Source of the DNA: Vicinamibacterales bacterium
Lineage (GTDB): Bacteria > Acidobacteriota > Vicinamibacteria > Vicinamibacterales > UBA2999
Reading direction: 5' to 3'
Assembly: GCA_965262505.1 (NCBI GenBank)
Contig: CBDHFM010000030.1
Span: forward strand, 3,237,722-3,301,721
Length of the DNA stretch: 64,000 nt
Below are positions 29,553 through 42,456 of this stretch, piece after piece. The stretch's first letter is position 1, and the number at the start of each line of letters is the position of its first letter. The notes beneath the pieces are model-generated. The model did not search any database, was not told the DNA's origin, and saw only the letters and a list, made by a program, of their open reading frames with translations. A program made the translations under genes and the position numbers.

Positions 29553-32546
29553 GTGAGCTTCCTGAGCCCGGCGCAGCGCGACAGCTACGGCCAGTACCTG
29601 GGCGCCCCGTCAACCCAAGAGCTGGCCAGGCACTTCCACCTCGATGACACCGATCACACGCAGATCGTCGAGAAGCGCGGCGATGCCAACCGTCTCGGAT
29701 TCGCTCTGCAGCTCACCACGGTGCGCTTCGTGGGGACGTTCCTCGATGATCCGACGGCCGTGCCACCGGCGGTACTCGCCACGATGAGCCGGCAACTTGG
29801 CATCGATACGACCACGGACTTGACCGGCTATCGAGACGGCAAGTGGCGCTTCGCTCATGCCGCACAAATCCGGACGGAACATGGGTATCGCGACCTCGCG
29901 GATCGCGCGGCCGGGTTTGGCCTCACGCGATGGCTCTACGCACAGTGCTGGACGGGCACCGAACGTCCGAGCGCACTGTTCGATCGGGCGACGACCTGGA
30001 TGCTCGCCCACACGGTGTTGTTGCCGGGCGCGACGACGCTGGAGCGCTTCGTGGCCAAGCTGCGGCACCGCGTCGACGTGCGCGTGTGGCGCGTGCTGGC
30101 GAGCGGCATCAGTCCGCCACAGCAGCGCCGCCTCGAAGATCTGTTGCGCGTGCCAGATGAAGGGCGCAGCTCATCACTCGTGACGCTGCGGACGGGTGCC
30201 GCGATGGTGAGTGGCCCGGCGTTGGTGCGTGCGCTCGAGCGGCTGAACGCCGTCCGTAGCCTCAGCATCACTGTGCCAGCGGCCGCCGCGATCGCGCCGA
30301 CGCGAATTGCCGCCCTGGCGCGCTTTGCGGAGAAAGCCAAAGTCCCCCGCGGTCGCACGGTTGCCAGCGTTACGCCGAGCCGCCACGTTGGTCGCGTTCG
30401 TCCACTCGCTCGAAGCCTCCGCACAGGATGACGCGCTCGAGGTCCTCGACCGACTGTTACGCGACATCTTTGGTGCCGCCGAAAAAGCGGATCGGAAAGC
30501 ACGGTTGCGCAGCCGTAAGGATCTCGATGCGCTTGCCCTCACGTTGGCGCACGCCTGCGCGGCGCTCCTCGATCCCGCTCTCCCGGACACCGTGCTGCGC
30601 GACCACGTGTTCGCGCGTGTCCCCCGCGCCACCCTGGCCGAGGCCCTCGGGACACTGAGCACACGGGTGCGGCCGCCGGATGACGTGTTCGACACCGAGC
30701 TGCAGACGAGGTACCGACGCGTGCGGCTGTTCCTGCCAACCCTCTTGCACCAGGTGCACTGTGAGGCCGCTCCGGCCGGCGCGGCTGTCGTCGCAGCGCT
30801 CGAGTATCTCAAGCGTCGTGAAGCGCCGGCGCGGGCCCAGGACGTGGCGCCGTCTGCGGTCGTGACGACAGCCTGGCGGCGATACGTGTACGGCGCGAAC
30901 GATGCGGTCGATCACCGGGCCTACACCTTCTGCGTCCTCGACCAACTGCGCGAGGCGCTGCGCCGGCGGGATGTCTTCGTGACGCCGAGCTGGCGGTATG
31001 CCGATCCGCGGCGCAATCTCCTGGCTGGCGCCGAGTGGGAGGCGGCGCGGCCGATCATCTGTCGAACGCTTGGCTACAGTCCTCGCCCAGAACCGATCCG
31101 TGCCGCGTTAAGCGACGAGCTGGATCAGACCTACCGCGCGGTGGCCGCGCGCCTCCCCAACAATCCAGCCGTGCGTTTCGAACGCATCGACGGGAAGGAC
31201 GAGCTGATCGTGAGCCCCCTCGACAAGGTCGATGAACCCGCGTCGCTGGTGGCGCTGCGGACCGCCATCGCGGGACGGTTGCCCCGTGTCGATCTGCCGG
31301 AGATCCTGCTCGAGATCGCGGCGCGTACAGATTTCGCCGTCGCGTTTACGCACGTCAGCGAACGCGCGGCGCGCGGGTCACGGATCTTGGCGTCAGCGTC
31401 TGCGCCGTGCTGCTGGCGGAAGCCTGCAACACCGGCCTCGAGCCACTCGTGCGCCACGAGACTCAGAGCTTGCGGCGCGATCGCCTGTCCTGGGTCAGCC
31501 AGCATTACCTGCGCGACGAGACCTTGCGCGCGGCGAACGCGCGCCTCGTCGCGGCGCAAACCGGGATCCCCTTGGCGCGCGCCTGGGGCGGTGGTGAGGT
31601 GGCCTCCGCCGACGGCCTGCGCTTCGTGGTGCCGGTGCGCACCGTGCACGCGGGGCCCAACCCCAAGTACTTCGGTATCGGCCGGGGCGTCACCTACTAC
31701 AACCTCGTGTCCGATCAGTTCACCGGCCTGCACGGCATTACGGTCCCGGGGACGTTGCGCGACAGCCTGGTGCTGCTCGCGGTCGCGCTCGAACAGCAGA
31801 CAGAGTTGCAGCCCACGCAGATCATGACCGACACCGGGGCCTACTCGGATGTGGTGTTCGGTCTCTTCCGCCTGCTCGGCTACCGCTTCAGTCCGCGGCT
31901 CGCCGACATCGGCGGTACCCGCTTCTGGCGGATCGATTCCCGGGCCGACTACGGCCCGCTTAACCGCGTGGCACGCCAATCCGTCAACCTCGACCGAATC
32001 ACCCCACAGTGGGACGATATGTTGCGGACGGTCGGCTCGCTGAAACTCGGGCGCGTACCGGCCACCGGTATCATGCGCACGCTGCAGGTGGGGGATCGGC
32101 CAACGCGCCTGGCGCAGGCGTTCGCGGAGTTCGGACGGATCGACAAGACAATCCACACGTTGACGTACCTCGACGATGAGGCCAAACGTCGCGCCACGCT
32201 GATCCAGCTGAACCGGGGAGAAGGTCGCCATGCCTTGGCCCGCGCCGTCTTCCACGGTAAACGTGGCGAACTGCGGCAACGTTACCGTGAAGGCCAGGAA
32301 AACCAGCTCGACGCACTCGGCGTCGTCGTCAACATGATTGTGTTGTGGAACACCATCTATATGCAGGCGGCCCTCGACCAGCATCGCGCAGATGGCCACT
32401 CGGTGCGTCCAGAAGACGAGGCGAGACTGTCACCGCTCGGCCACGAGCACATCAACCTGCTGGGACGCTACTCGTTCGCCGTACCTGAATCGGTCGCTCG
32501 GGGCGAGCTCCGGCCGCTCAGAAACCCCGCTGACGGCGGTCGCTAA
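29553..32546 (+). pseudogene. tnpA: Tn3-family transposase with two frameshifts (~30310-30430 and ~31370-31410)
   Basis: Three consecutive ORF-track frames (29274-30431, 30307-31827, 31407-32546) together read a collinear TnpA, from VSFLSPAQRDSYG through DTGAYSDVVFGLFRLLGYRFSPRLADIG to LSPLGHEHINLLGRYSF. Confidence 0.88.
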
Positions 32547-32669
32547 CCGTACTTTCCGTTCCATTGCTCCCCAAACCCCATAGATCAGGCCGAGACCGAG
32601 TGGTGAAAGCGCTCATCGGTAGAACATCTTGATAGTAGTTGTGATATTAGTCATGTTTATAGTCAATAA

Positions 32670-33903
<1,234 letters not shown>

Positions 33904-33907
<4 letters not shown>

Positions 33908-34293
33908 CGCTCCTGCTCGACACCTGCACGTTTCTCTGGCTATTGTCCGATGATCCACGGCTGCCGCTGCGCGCCCGGACGGAGTGTCGTACCCCCTCGA
34001 ACGCCGTGTACCTCAGCGCTCTCTCGGTGTGGGAGATCACGATCAAGTATCGACTTGGCCGGTTGCCGCTTCCCGAATCCCCGGAGTTGTTCGTCGCCAG
34101 TCGTCGCCAGCGGCTGCAGATCGAACCTCTGCCGTACGACGAACGGGACGCGGTACACGACGTCCTGCTGCCACCGCATCATCGGGATCCGTTCGACCGA
34201 GGCTTGGTGTCGCAAGCGATCCTGCGCGGCCTGACGATCGTGACGCCAGACCCGGTGATCGCACGCTATCCGGCCCCCGTACTCTGGCTGTGA
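33904..34293 (+). CDS. vapC: PIN-domain toxin (VapC family)
   Basis: LLLDTCTFLWLLSDDPRL..., SALSVWEITIK and HHRDPFDRGLVSQA carry the PIN acidic residues. AGGAG lies 7 nt upstream of the TTG at 33904. Confidence 0.85.
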
Positions 34294-34432
34294 TGGTAGC
34301 CGCCGCGCGGACTCACTCCGCCCGCCGTTACTTCCCGGAGTTGTGCTTGGTCGGATTAGTGGCGGGTGTTCGATGACTCAATGGAGACCGGGGGAGACGC
34401 AATCATGATCACGGGCGAACTCAAGTCCAAGG

Positions 34433-35867
34433 CCTGTCGAGCCATAACTAGGTGTTACCGAGCGGTGCATCGTCGCGCCGTAACTTGGGTTACCGGAATC
34501 TGTGTTGAGAACAAGGCGTGTGGGCGCTGTGGGAAGCCGCGTTTTGTGCGGGTTTCCAACGCCCTGGTGGGCGCGTTTTTCGCGTCCACAGGTCGGGCAG
34601 CGTCCCCGCGCGGATTTTTCGCCGGCGCCGCAGGACTGACCCGCTGGTTGGCGAGGCGGTAGACGCCGGCCAGCCCTTGGTCGATCCGCTGCGCCAGGAT
34701 GAACGGATCGAGACGCGCGCGGAGCTGTCTCAGCGCCCGGACCTGCGCCGGGGCGGCTTCGGCACACGCCTCCACGCGCTCGAGCGGCGTCCGCGGCGCG
34801 TCATAGCGGCGACGGAGGCGGGCGCCGACGCGGCGCTTCTCGACCAGCGTCACCGAGGGGAGAAACAGGTTCTGCAGCAGGCGCAGCTCCTCGTAGAGCC
34901 CATTGATCGCGGTGAGCGCCGGCGCCGAGTCATACCGCACGTAGCCCAGCAGCTTCCGCACGTGCGTCCAATTCTTCTGCTCGATGTGCGCGTTATCGTC
35001 CTTCTTGTACGGGCGCCCGCGAGTGAATTGGATGTCATGGTGCGTGCAATAGCGGCGGAGATGGTGATTGATGAACTCGGAGCCGTTGTCCGAATCGATC
35101 CCGCGCAACCGAAAGGGCATGGCTTGGCGCAAGTACTCCAAGCCTTCCTGGACGTGGTGCTGACTCTTGCCCATCACCGCCCGCGTTTCCACCCAGGTCG
35201 TGAGGATATCGGTCACATTCAGTGAATAAATGAAGTCGCCGGCAGCGCGATCGCCCGAATGCGCCACGAGATCGATCTCGGTAAAGCCCGGCTCCTGCAC
35301 GTCCCAGCGGTCCGTCTTCAGCGGAATCTGATGCTTGAGGAGCGTCCCAGGCTTCGTCCGGCCGTACTGCCGCGTCCGCAGCTCGCTCTTGAAGGCCCGC
35401 AGGCACCGATCCATCTGCCGCGGGCTCATCGACCGGAGCTTCTCGACAACCTCGCGGGGGATCCGCCACCGCCGACATGCCCACGGCAGCCACGTGGGCA
35501 GCAAGGCCTGCAGCCGCAGAGACCACGGGTATCCGGCGGCCTCCCAGATTCGCCGCAACGTGCCCACGACCACCGGTCCATAGCGGACCGGCGGGCCCCC
35601 GCGGCGTCGTCGCCGCGGTCGCTCCGGCCGACGCAGCGACCGAATCACCGCCTTGCGGTGATAGCCCGTCACCTCACACACCTCATCCAACAGCTGGCCC
35701 TTCGTCGGCCGCGCCGCGTGCGCGTAGCGTTCCCGCATCCGTCCCAGATACTCGCGAATTGCTTGTGGTCCCACTCGGATTCTCCCCATCGCCATCCTCC
35801 CTGATGGGTAACCCGAGTTGTGGCGCGACGATAGGACGCCCGGTAACACTTAGCATGGCGCGATACG
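34433..35867 (-). mobile_element. Single-ORF rve/DDE insertion sequence (IS481/ISNCY-like) in hsdM
   Basis: 5-bp target duplication CAAGG at 34428-34432 and 35868-35872. Imperfect terminal inverted repeats ...tcgagccataactaggtgttaccg / cggtaacacttagcatggcgcga.... Removing it restores the hsdM frame. Confidence 0.85.
34455..35849 (-). CDS. DDE (rve) transposase of the hsdM-borne IS
   Basis: 464 aa with FTEIDLVAHSG..., GIDSDNGSEFIN and HIEQKNW (a D, D, E arrangement). Confidence 0.85.
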   Translation of the reverse strand: MLPGVLSSRHNSGYPSGRMAMGRIRVGPQAIREYLGRMRERYAHAARPTKGQLLDEVCEVTGYHRKAVIRSLRRPERPRRRRRGGPPVRYGPVVVGTLRRIWEAAGYPWSLRLQALLPTWLPWACRRWRIPREVVEKLRSMSPRQMDRCLRAFKSELRTRQYGRTKPGTLLKHQIPLKTDRWDVQEPGFTEIDLVAHSGDRAAGDFIYSLNVTDILTTWVETRAVMGKSQHHVQEGLEYLRQAMPFRLRGIDSDNGSEFINHHLRRYCTHHDIQFTRGRPYKKDDNAHIEQKNWTHVRKLLGYVRYDSAPALTAINGLYEELRLLQNLFLPSVTLVEKRRVGARLRRRYDAPRTPLERVEACAEAAPAQVRALRQLRARLDPFILAQRIDQGLAGVYRLANQRVSPAAPAKNPRGDAARPVDAKNAPTRALETRTKRGFPQRPHALFSTQIPVTQVTARRCTAR

Positions 35868-38174
35868 CAAGGTCGACAGAATCTGGGACACCATGTGGTC
35901 TGGCGGCATCTCGAATCCGCTCTCGGTCATCGAGTAGCTCACCTACCTGCTCTTCATCAAGCGGCTCGACGAACTACACACTCTGAAGGAGCGCAAGGCC
36001 GTGCGCGCTGGCACACCCATCCAGGAGCCGGTCTTCGCCGCCGACCAGGACAGGCTGCGCTGGTCGCGTTTCAAGGACGCCGCCCCCGAGCAGCTGTTCG
36101 AGACGGTGCGAGACGGGGTGTTCCCCTTTATCAAGTCGCTCGGGCAGAAGAGCGAGGCCGACGGCGAGGGGGGCTCAACGTACAGCCACCACATGAAGGA
36201 TGCCCTCTTCATGATGCCCACGGCCCGTGTGCTGGCCAGCGTGGTTGACCAACTCGACGGCATCGACATGGCCGACAGCGACACCAAGGGCGACCTCTAC
36301 GAGTACATGCTCGGCAAGATTGCCACCGCCGGACAGAACGGTCAGTTCCGCACGCCGCGCCACATCATCCGTCTGATGGTGGACATGACCGCCCCCAAGC
36401 CCAAGGACGTGATCTGCGACCCGGCCTGCGGCACGGCGGGCTTCCTCGTTGCCGCGTCTGAGCACCTGGTGGAGCACCACAGCGACACCATCTACAAGGA
36501 CGCTGCGGCGCGCCGCCACTTCAACGAGGGCACGTTCCACGGCTACGACTTCGACAACACCATGCTGCGCATCGGCAGTATGAACATGCTGCTGCACGGC
36601 GTGGAGAACCCAGACATCCGCTACAAGGAATCGCTGGCCCAGACCGACGATGATGACGCGGAGAAGTACTCCTTGGTCCTTGCCAATCCGCCGTTTGCGG
36701 GCAGTCTCGACTATGAGTCCACCGCCAAGGACCTGCAGCAGGTCGTCAAGACCAAGAAGACCGAGCTGCTGTTCCTTGCCCTGTTCCTGCGCCTGCTCCA
36801 GACCGGCGGCCGCGCCGCCGTCATCGTGCCCGACGGCGTACTCTTCGGGTCGAGCAACGCGCACAAGACCCTGCGCAGGATTCTGGTCGAGGAGCAGAAG
36901 CTCGACGCCATCGTCTCCATGCCCTCTGGCGTCTTCAAACCCTACGCCGGGGTCTCCACCGCCATCCTGCTCTTCACCAAGACCAACTCCGGCGGCACTG
37001 ACCACATCTGGTTCTACGACATGCAGGCGGACGGTTACTCGTTGGACGACAAGCGCACGCCGCAGCCGGAGAAGAGCGACCTTGCCGACATCCTCGCCCG
37101 CTGGCAGAACCGCGAAGCGGAGCGCAAGCGGCTGCGGACGGACCAGAGTTTCCTCGTGCCCAAGGGCGAGATCGCGGGCAACGACTACGACCTCTCCATC
37201 AACCGCTACAAGGAGGTGGAATACGAGACGGTGGAGTACGACCCGCCGAAGGTGATTCTGAAGCGGCTGGGGAAGCTGGAGGCGGAGATCGCGGAGAGGC
37301 TGGTGGAGTTGGAGGGGATGTTGAGATGAGTTGGCCGGTCGCGACAGTCGGCGAGGTCTGCGAAGTCGTCTCCGGAGCTACTCCCAGGACTGGCAAGCCG
37401 GAGTTCTGGGACGGGAACGTTCCCTGGGTGACACCGAAGGATCTGAGTGAGCTTGGTCAAAAGCACCTCAGCGATACGCCCCGGAAGATCACAAAAGCAG
37501 GCTTGAAGAATTGCTCAGCCAGGATGTTGCCTGCGCAGTCTGTTCTGTTCAGTTCGCGGGCGCCCATCGGCTTGGTAGCCATCAACACGATACCCGTCTG
37601 CACCAACCAGGGCTTCAAGAGCTTAGTACCTCGCTTCGACTTGGTTTCGCCTGACTTTCTTTTCTGGTGGCTAAAAGCCCAGGAAAAGCATGTCCAGAGC
37701 AAAGGGCGAGGAGCGACGTTCAAGGAGGTATCCAAGAAGATCGTCGAAGACCTCCAAATCCCCCTCCCGCCCCTCGCCGAGCAGAAGCGGATTGCGGGGA
37801 TTCTGGATGCGGCGGACGCCTTGCGGGCCAAGCGCCGCGAGGCCCTCGCCGAGCTCGACACCCTCCTCCAAGCCACCTTCCTCGACATGTTCGGCGACCC
37901 CGTCACCAATCCAATGGGGTGGGATGCGCCTCCTCTGGCGGACTTTTGCAAGACGGGCACCGGCGGCACTCCCTCTCGCGGAAAGATGCAGCGATATTAT
38001 GAAGGAGGAACGATACCGTGGGTGAAGTCAGGAGAACTTAGGGAGGAAGTAATTACAAGTACAGATGAGCACATCACAGAAACTGCGCTGAAAGAGACAA
38101 ACGTGAAGCTGGTTCCGAAAGACGCGCTGCTGCTAGCACTCTACGGGGCCACCGTTGGCCGTTTGGGAATCCTA

Positions 38175-39198
38175 AAGCGCTTTTCAAATAGGCCTTGTAC
38201 TACCTGGGGCGGTCGTGGTACTTCTGCGCGCACCGATGCAGGAGGCCCGATGCGTGCCTATTCGATGGATCTGCGAGAGCGGGCGCTCCTCGACAGCGAT
38301 GCCGGGATGAAGGCGGCCGAGGTGGCGGCGAAGTACCGCGTGAGCGGGTCGTGGGTGCGGCTACTGAAACAGCGGCGGCGCGACACGGGCGAGGTGGCGC
38401 CTCGCGTCCAGCGACATGGACGGCGCGGCATGCTTGAGCCGCACCTACACACCTTGGCCGCGCTGATTGCGGCGCACCCGGATCGCACGCTGGCTGAGCT
38501 GAAGGACGCCCTCGCCACGCCCGCGAGTGTGCCGACGGTCTGGCGCGCCGTGCGGGCCCTCGGCCTGACCGTTAAAAAACACGGTCCGCCCGTCCGAACA
38601 CGATCGGCCTGACGTCGCGGCCGCGCGGGTCGCGTGGCACGCGGCGGCGCCGACCTGGGATGTCGCCCACCTCGTGTTTCTGGACGAAACCGGCATCACC
38701 ACCAATCTGCTTCGGCGGTACGGCCGGGCACCGCGCGGCGCGCGCGTTCACGACCACGCCCCCTGCGGGCGCTGGCAGACCAGCACGTTTCTCGCCGCGT
38801 TGCGGGTCACGGGGCTGACCGCACCGGGGGTCTTCGACGGCGCGATCGATGGCGAGAGCTTCCGCGCCTACATCGAACAGATCCTGGTGCCGACCCTGCA
38901 GCCCGGCGACATCGTCATTGCCGACAATCTCGGGGCCCACAAGGTCGCCGGCATCCAACGCGCCATCCAGGCCGCCGGGGCCACCCTCTGGTACTTGCCA
39001 CCCTACAGCCCGGACCTCAATCCCATCGAGCTCTGCTTCGCGAAGCTCAAGGCCCTCGTTCGCACCGCTCGCTGTCGCAGCACCGAGACGCTCTGGCCGT
39101 TCCTCGGCGAGTGCTTGGCGCACTTCAGCCCTGACGAATGCCGCAACTATTTTCGGCACTGCGGGTACGCGGCCGCCACACGGTCATGAAAAGCGCTT
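38175..39198 (+). mobile_element. IS630-family element, copy 1
   Basis: TA target duplication (38173-38174 and 39199-39200). Terminal inverted repeats aagcgcttttca.../...tgaaaagcgctt. Confidence 0.9.
38250..39189 (+). CDS. IS630-family transposase in two frames (38250-38612 HTH part; 38674-39189 DDE part), frameshift expected near the A-run at ~38575
   Basis: MRAYSMDLRERAL...; DETG, DNLGAHK and PPYSPDLNPIE. Confidence 0.85.
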
Positions 39199-39416
39199 TA
39201 GGCATCCAGGCGACAACGAATCAAGCTGTGTGCCACATCATTCCAAACTCATTGAGGGCGGACTTGCGATACATGTTTCACTCTCTGTCGAATCAAGTTT
39301 CCTACCTTGTAGGACGAGGAGTTGGCGGGGCGCAGCCGAATATCCCTCCCTGCCAAGACAGCTGAGACACTTTACCCCCTGGAAATTAGTGTTGAGGGCG
39401 GGGAGGTGTCAGGACG

Positions 39417-39884
39417 TTGATGACCAAGATCCGATCGATGCTGGTAGACCAATCGATTATGGGAGGGCCGGAGCGGAGGGGCGACGAGCGAAGCGAGGCG
39501 CCCCGTAGTGGAGGGTCTCCCATAATCGAGCCCGACGCGGTGCCCGTCCCGCCGGATTCCGAGGTCCCGGCGCGCCATGCGCGACGGCGCTTTACGACCG
39601 CCTACAAGCTGGCGATCCTCCGGCGGGCGGACGCCTGTACACGGTACGGCGAACTCGGGGCACTCCTGCGAAAGGAGGGGCTGTATTCCTCACACGTCGT
39701 CACGTGGCGCCAGCAGCGCGAGGCCGGGTTGACGCCGAAGAAACGCGGCCGGAAGATGACGGCCGTCGATCCGCAGCGGAAGAAGCTCGAACAGGAGAAT
39801 CGCCGCTTGACGTCGCGGCTCCAGAAGGCGGAAGCCCTGCTCGCCTTTCAAAAAAAGTTTCCGAACTCCTACAGATCCCCCTGA
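39417..39884 (+). CDS. IS3-C OrfA
   Basis: RRRFTTAYKLAILRRADAC...LEQENRRLTSRLQKAEALLAFQKK. Confidence 0.85.
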   Translation: MMTKIRSMLVDQSIMGGPERRGDERSEAPRSGGSPIIEPDAVPVPPDSEVPARHARRRFTTAYKLAILRRADACTRYGELGALLRKEGLYSSHVVTWRQQREAGLTPKKRGRKMTAVDPQRKKLEQENRRLTSRLQKAEALLAFQKKFPNSYRSP

Positions 39885-39909
39885 AACCGTTCGTGAGCGA
39901 CGAGGACGA

Positions 39910-41040
39910 TTGATGGTCGCGGTGGACGACGCGACGCCGACGTTGGGGGCGGCGTCCGCGTGTCGCGTGTTGGGCCTGCCCCGGGCCTCGCTGTATCGGG
40001 GGCGTCGACCGGTCGCGGTCGCGCGCCCTCGTCCGGCGCCGCCGCGCGCGTTGGATCCGATCGAGCGTCAGGGCATCTTGGATTTGCTCCACACGCGCTT
40101 CATCGATCAGGCGCCGGCGCAGATCCACGCCACCCTGCTCGATGAGGGGACCTACCTCTGTTCGCCGCGCACGATGTATCGCGTCCTCGACGCCGCGCAC
40201 GAAGTCAAGGAGCGGCGCGATCAGGTGCGGCGCCCGCCCTACGCCGCGCCCGAGTTACTGGCCACGCGTCCGAACGACGTCTGGAGCTGGGACATCACGA
40301 CGCTCTTGGGTCCGTCGAAGTGGACGTACTTCTATCTCTACGTCATCCTCGACATCTTCAGCCGGTACGTGGTCGGCTGGATGCTCGCCCCACACGAGAG
40401 CGCGGCCCTGGCCGAGCACCTCATCGGCGAGACCTGCGCGAAGCACGGCATTCAGCCGGGCCAACTCACGCTCCATGCGGACCGCGGGTCGTCCATGAAG
40501 AGCAAACCGGTGGCGCTGTTGCTGGCCGACCTCGGCGTGACCAAGACCCACAGCCGCCCGCACGTGTCGAACGACAATCCGTTCTCGGAAGCGCAGTTTA
40601 AGACGCTCAAGTACTGTCCGCAGTTTCCAGAGCGCTTCGGGTCGCTCGAGGACGGACGGGCGTTTGGGCAGGTCTTCTTTCCCTGGTACAACCAGGAACA
40701 CCGCCACAGCGGCCTGGGGTTCCTCACGCCCGCCGTCGTGCATTTCGGCCAGGCCCCCACGGTCCGCGCGCAGCGCCAGCAGGTGATCGCCGCCGCATAC
40801 GCGGCGCATCCCGAGCGCTTCGTCAAGGGCCGATCACAACCGGCCGATTTACCTCGCGCGGTGTGGATCAACCCACCCGCGAAGAACACGGCCGCGCAGG
40901 ATGCCCCAGGAACAACGATCGTCATCATGGACGACCTCCGGGTCGACCAGAGTCGCGACGCCGACGACCATGTCGCCGTCATGATCGTCGACCGCAACGC
41001 GACTCTAATTACTGCGCCCTTGGTGTCTCAATGTCATTGA
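39910..41040 (+). CDS. IS3-C OrfB (DDE/rve)
   Basis: VWSWDITTL..., VILDIFSRYVVGW, LHADRGSSMKS and SNDNPFSEAQFKTLKY. Confidence 0.88.
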   Translation: MMVAVDDATPTLGAASACRVLGLPRASLYRGRRPVAVARPRPAPPRALDPIERQGILDLLHTRFIDQAPAQIHATLLDEGTYLCSPRTMYRVLDAAHEVKERRDQVRRPPYAAPELLATRPNDVWSWDITTLLGPSKWTYFYLYVILDIFSRYVVGWMLAPHESAALAEHLIGETCAKHGIQPGQLTLHADRGSSMKSKPVALLLADLGVTKTHSRPHVSNDNPFSEAQFKTLKYCPQFPERFGSLEDGRAFGQVFFPWYNQEHRHSGLGFLTPAVVHFGQAPTVRAQRQQVIAAAYAAHPERFVKGRSQPADLPRAVWINPPAKNTAAQDAPGTTIVIMDDLRVDQSRDADDHVAVMIVDRNATLITAPLVSQCH

Positions 41041-42456
41041 CAGCTTCCGCATGAGTACGCCGTCCGTCAACAATCTTATCCAGCACTACTTAGAGTCGTT
41101 GCGCCTCGCCGTCCCCGACATCGGCAGCGGAGACCGCAGGCGCGCCTCGAATTTCGGCACGCTGTTGGCCGGCATTCTGCCGGAGATCCTGTCACGGCTG
41201 TGTTGCAAGTGTTCACGAGGTGCCAGGGAGATGCTCCTCGACTGGCTTCTGGAAGTCTATCGCTCAGAGCACAGGCCGAACTACCAAGGCATCCGATACG
41301 TCACGGCGAGGCTTCTCAAAGCGATCCCGGTTGCTGAGCGCATTGCCATAGTGCCGAAGCTGCTCGAGTTTCCAATACTGAGTGAGCTTGATCCGCTAGA
41401 AGAACGAGAATACCTGAATCCGTTCGATTTTCTCGATCTGTCCAAGGAATTGATACTCGACGAGGTCACGATCTCGGACACAGAGCTCGACGTGTTCTTC
41501 GACTGCGCGTCGTCCAACAGACCGGCCGTACGGAAATGGGCGGTATTTACACTCGGAACGCTGGAGCGCGCCGGGCTTTTGGATCGGACCAGGTCGCGAC
41601 GGTTCGCCGACTGCTTGTGGAGTCGGGTTGACGAGTACGGTCTGCCTTCTGATACGAACTACTTCCGATGTGTCTTTCTGTCGTTTCCGTACCCGGAGAA
41701 GGTAGATCCGGTTGAACGTTTCATGCAGTACGTTCGCGGCGCGCGATTTCCCGCGCAGGAGAGTCAGACGCGTACCGCGATAAAGTTTCCCGGTCCTGCG
41801 CTTTGTCATGACATTTGCGCCGCGACGGACGTCCAGTGGCCAGAGGGGGACGTGCGTTCCATCGTACGTCGGCTTGTGCAATGGTGGGACAACGACAAGG
41901 CACACTGGCTTCGGGTTCAGGTCAAGGAGCCGTTTCCAAGTATTGCCAAGGATCTCGGAGAGCGACTGTCAGACTTGATCATGACGCTCGCAACGATGGT
42001 CGTGACGTATCCAGATTCCGTACGTGACGAGAGCACTCGGGATGCAGTGAAACGCGTGGCGAAAGAGTGCTCCGAGTATGGCGTGCCATCGCTGCGCCTG
42101 GAGGTCGCGTGCTCGTACGCCTTTGCCGCTTCGCGCGATCCAGTGCTAGAGCGAGTCAAGGACGCGATGACGTCGTCCTGCAGGAACGCTGTCATCGATG
42201 CCCTCGAGGCCATGAACTTGGTCTCGCGTCGAACTGCGTCCGAAGCAGAAAGAGGAGACCTGCTGGAACTCCTGCGTGCGGCCGGGCAGATGATTCGGTG
42301 GCGGCGGGAGACGGCCTTGGAGACCACCATGGGCGCGGTGGGATGGGTTGTGACCAAGCACCCGTTCGCATTCGTAGATGACGTCGAAAGCGGAGTGCTC
42401 ACGGGACTTCGTCATCTGATTGCGGAAACGGACGTAGGTGGGCTTGATCCGGTTTC

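Larger units (their letters stand above)
28814..32579 (+). mobile_element. Tn3-family transposon (tnpR divergent from tnpA), no passenger genes
   Basis: 38-bp terminal inverted repeats: ggggcttggggagcaatggaaccgaaagtacggta (28814-) and reverse complement ggggtttggggagcaatggaacggaaagtacggtt (-32579). The flanking 5-mers differ (gagtt vs ataga). Confidence 0.9.
34405..37329 (+). pseudogene. hsdM: Type I R-M methyltransferase subunit, disrupted by an IS after codon 9 and by an in-frame TAG at 35935
   Basis: MITGELKSK | IS | VDRIWDTMWSGGISNPLSVIE*LTYLLFIKRLDE..., then DPACGTAGFL (motif I) and LANPPFAG (motif IV). Confidence 0.88.
37326..39365 (+). pseudogene. hsdS: Type I R-M specificity subunit, interrupted by IS630 and apparently 3'-truncated
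   Basis: The first target-recognition domain is followed by the conserved spacer PLPPLAEQKRIAGILDAADALRAKRREALAELDTLLQATF. The second domain reads ...LYGATVGRLGIL | IS630 | GIQATTNQAVCHI...GGAQPNI, and the ORF ends before the usual C-terminal conserved helix. Confidence 0.85.
39407..41041 (+). mobile_element. IS3-family element 'C'
   Basis: Ends are tgtcaggacgttgatgaccaag and reverse complement tgtcaatgacattgagacaccaag. It has orfA/orfB with an A7G run at ~39847. Flanking triplets differ (agg vs gct). Confidence 0.85.

Noticed and set aside
37326-38612. 428-aa ORF read as a single protein
   Set aside because: It is a chimera. It reads hsdS up to the TA at 38173 and then reads through the IS630 end into the IS630 transposase N-terminal frame, as proved by the identical IS630 copy at 57085-59496.
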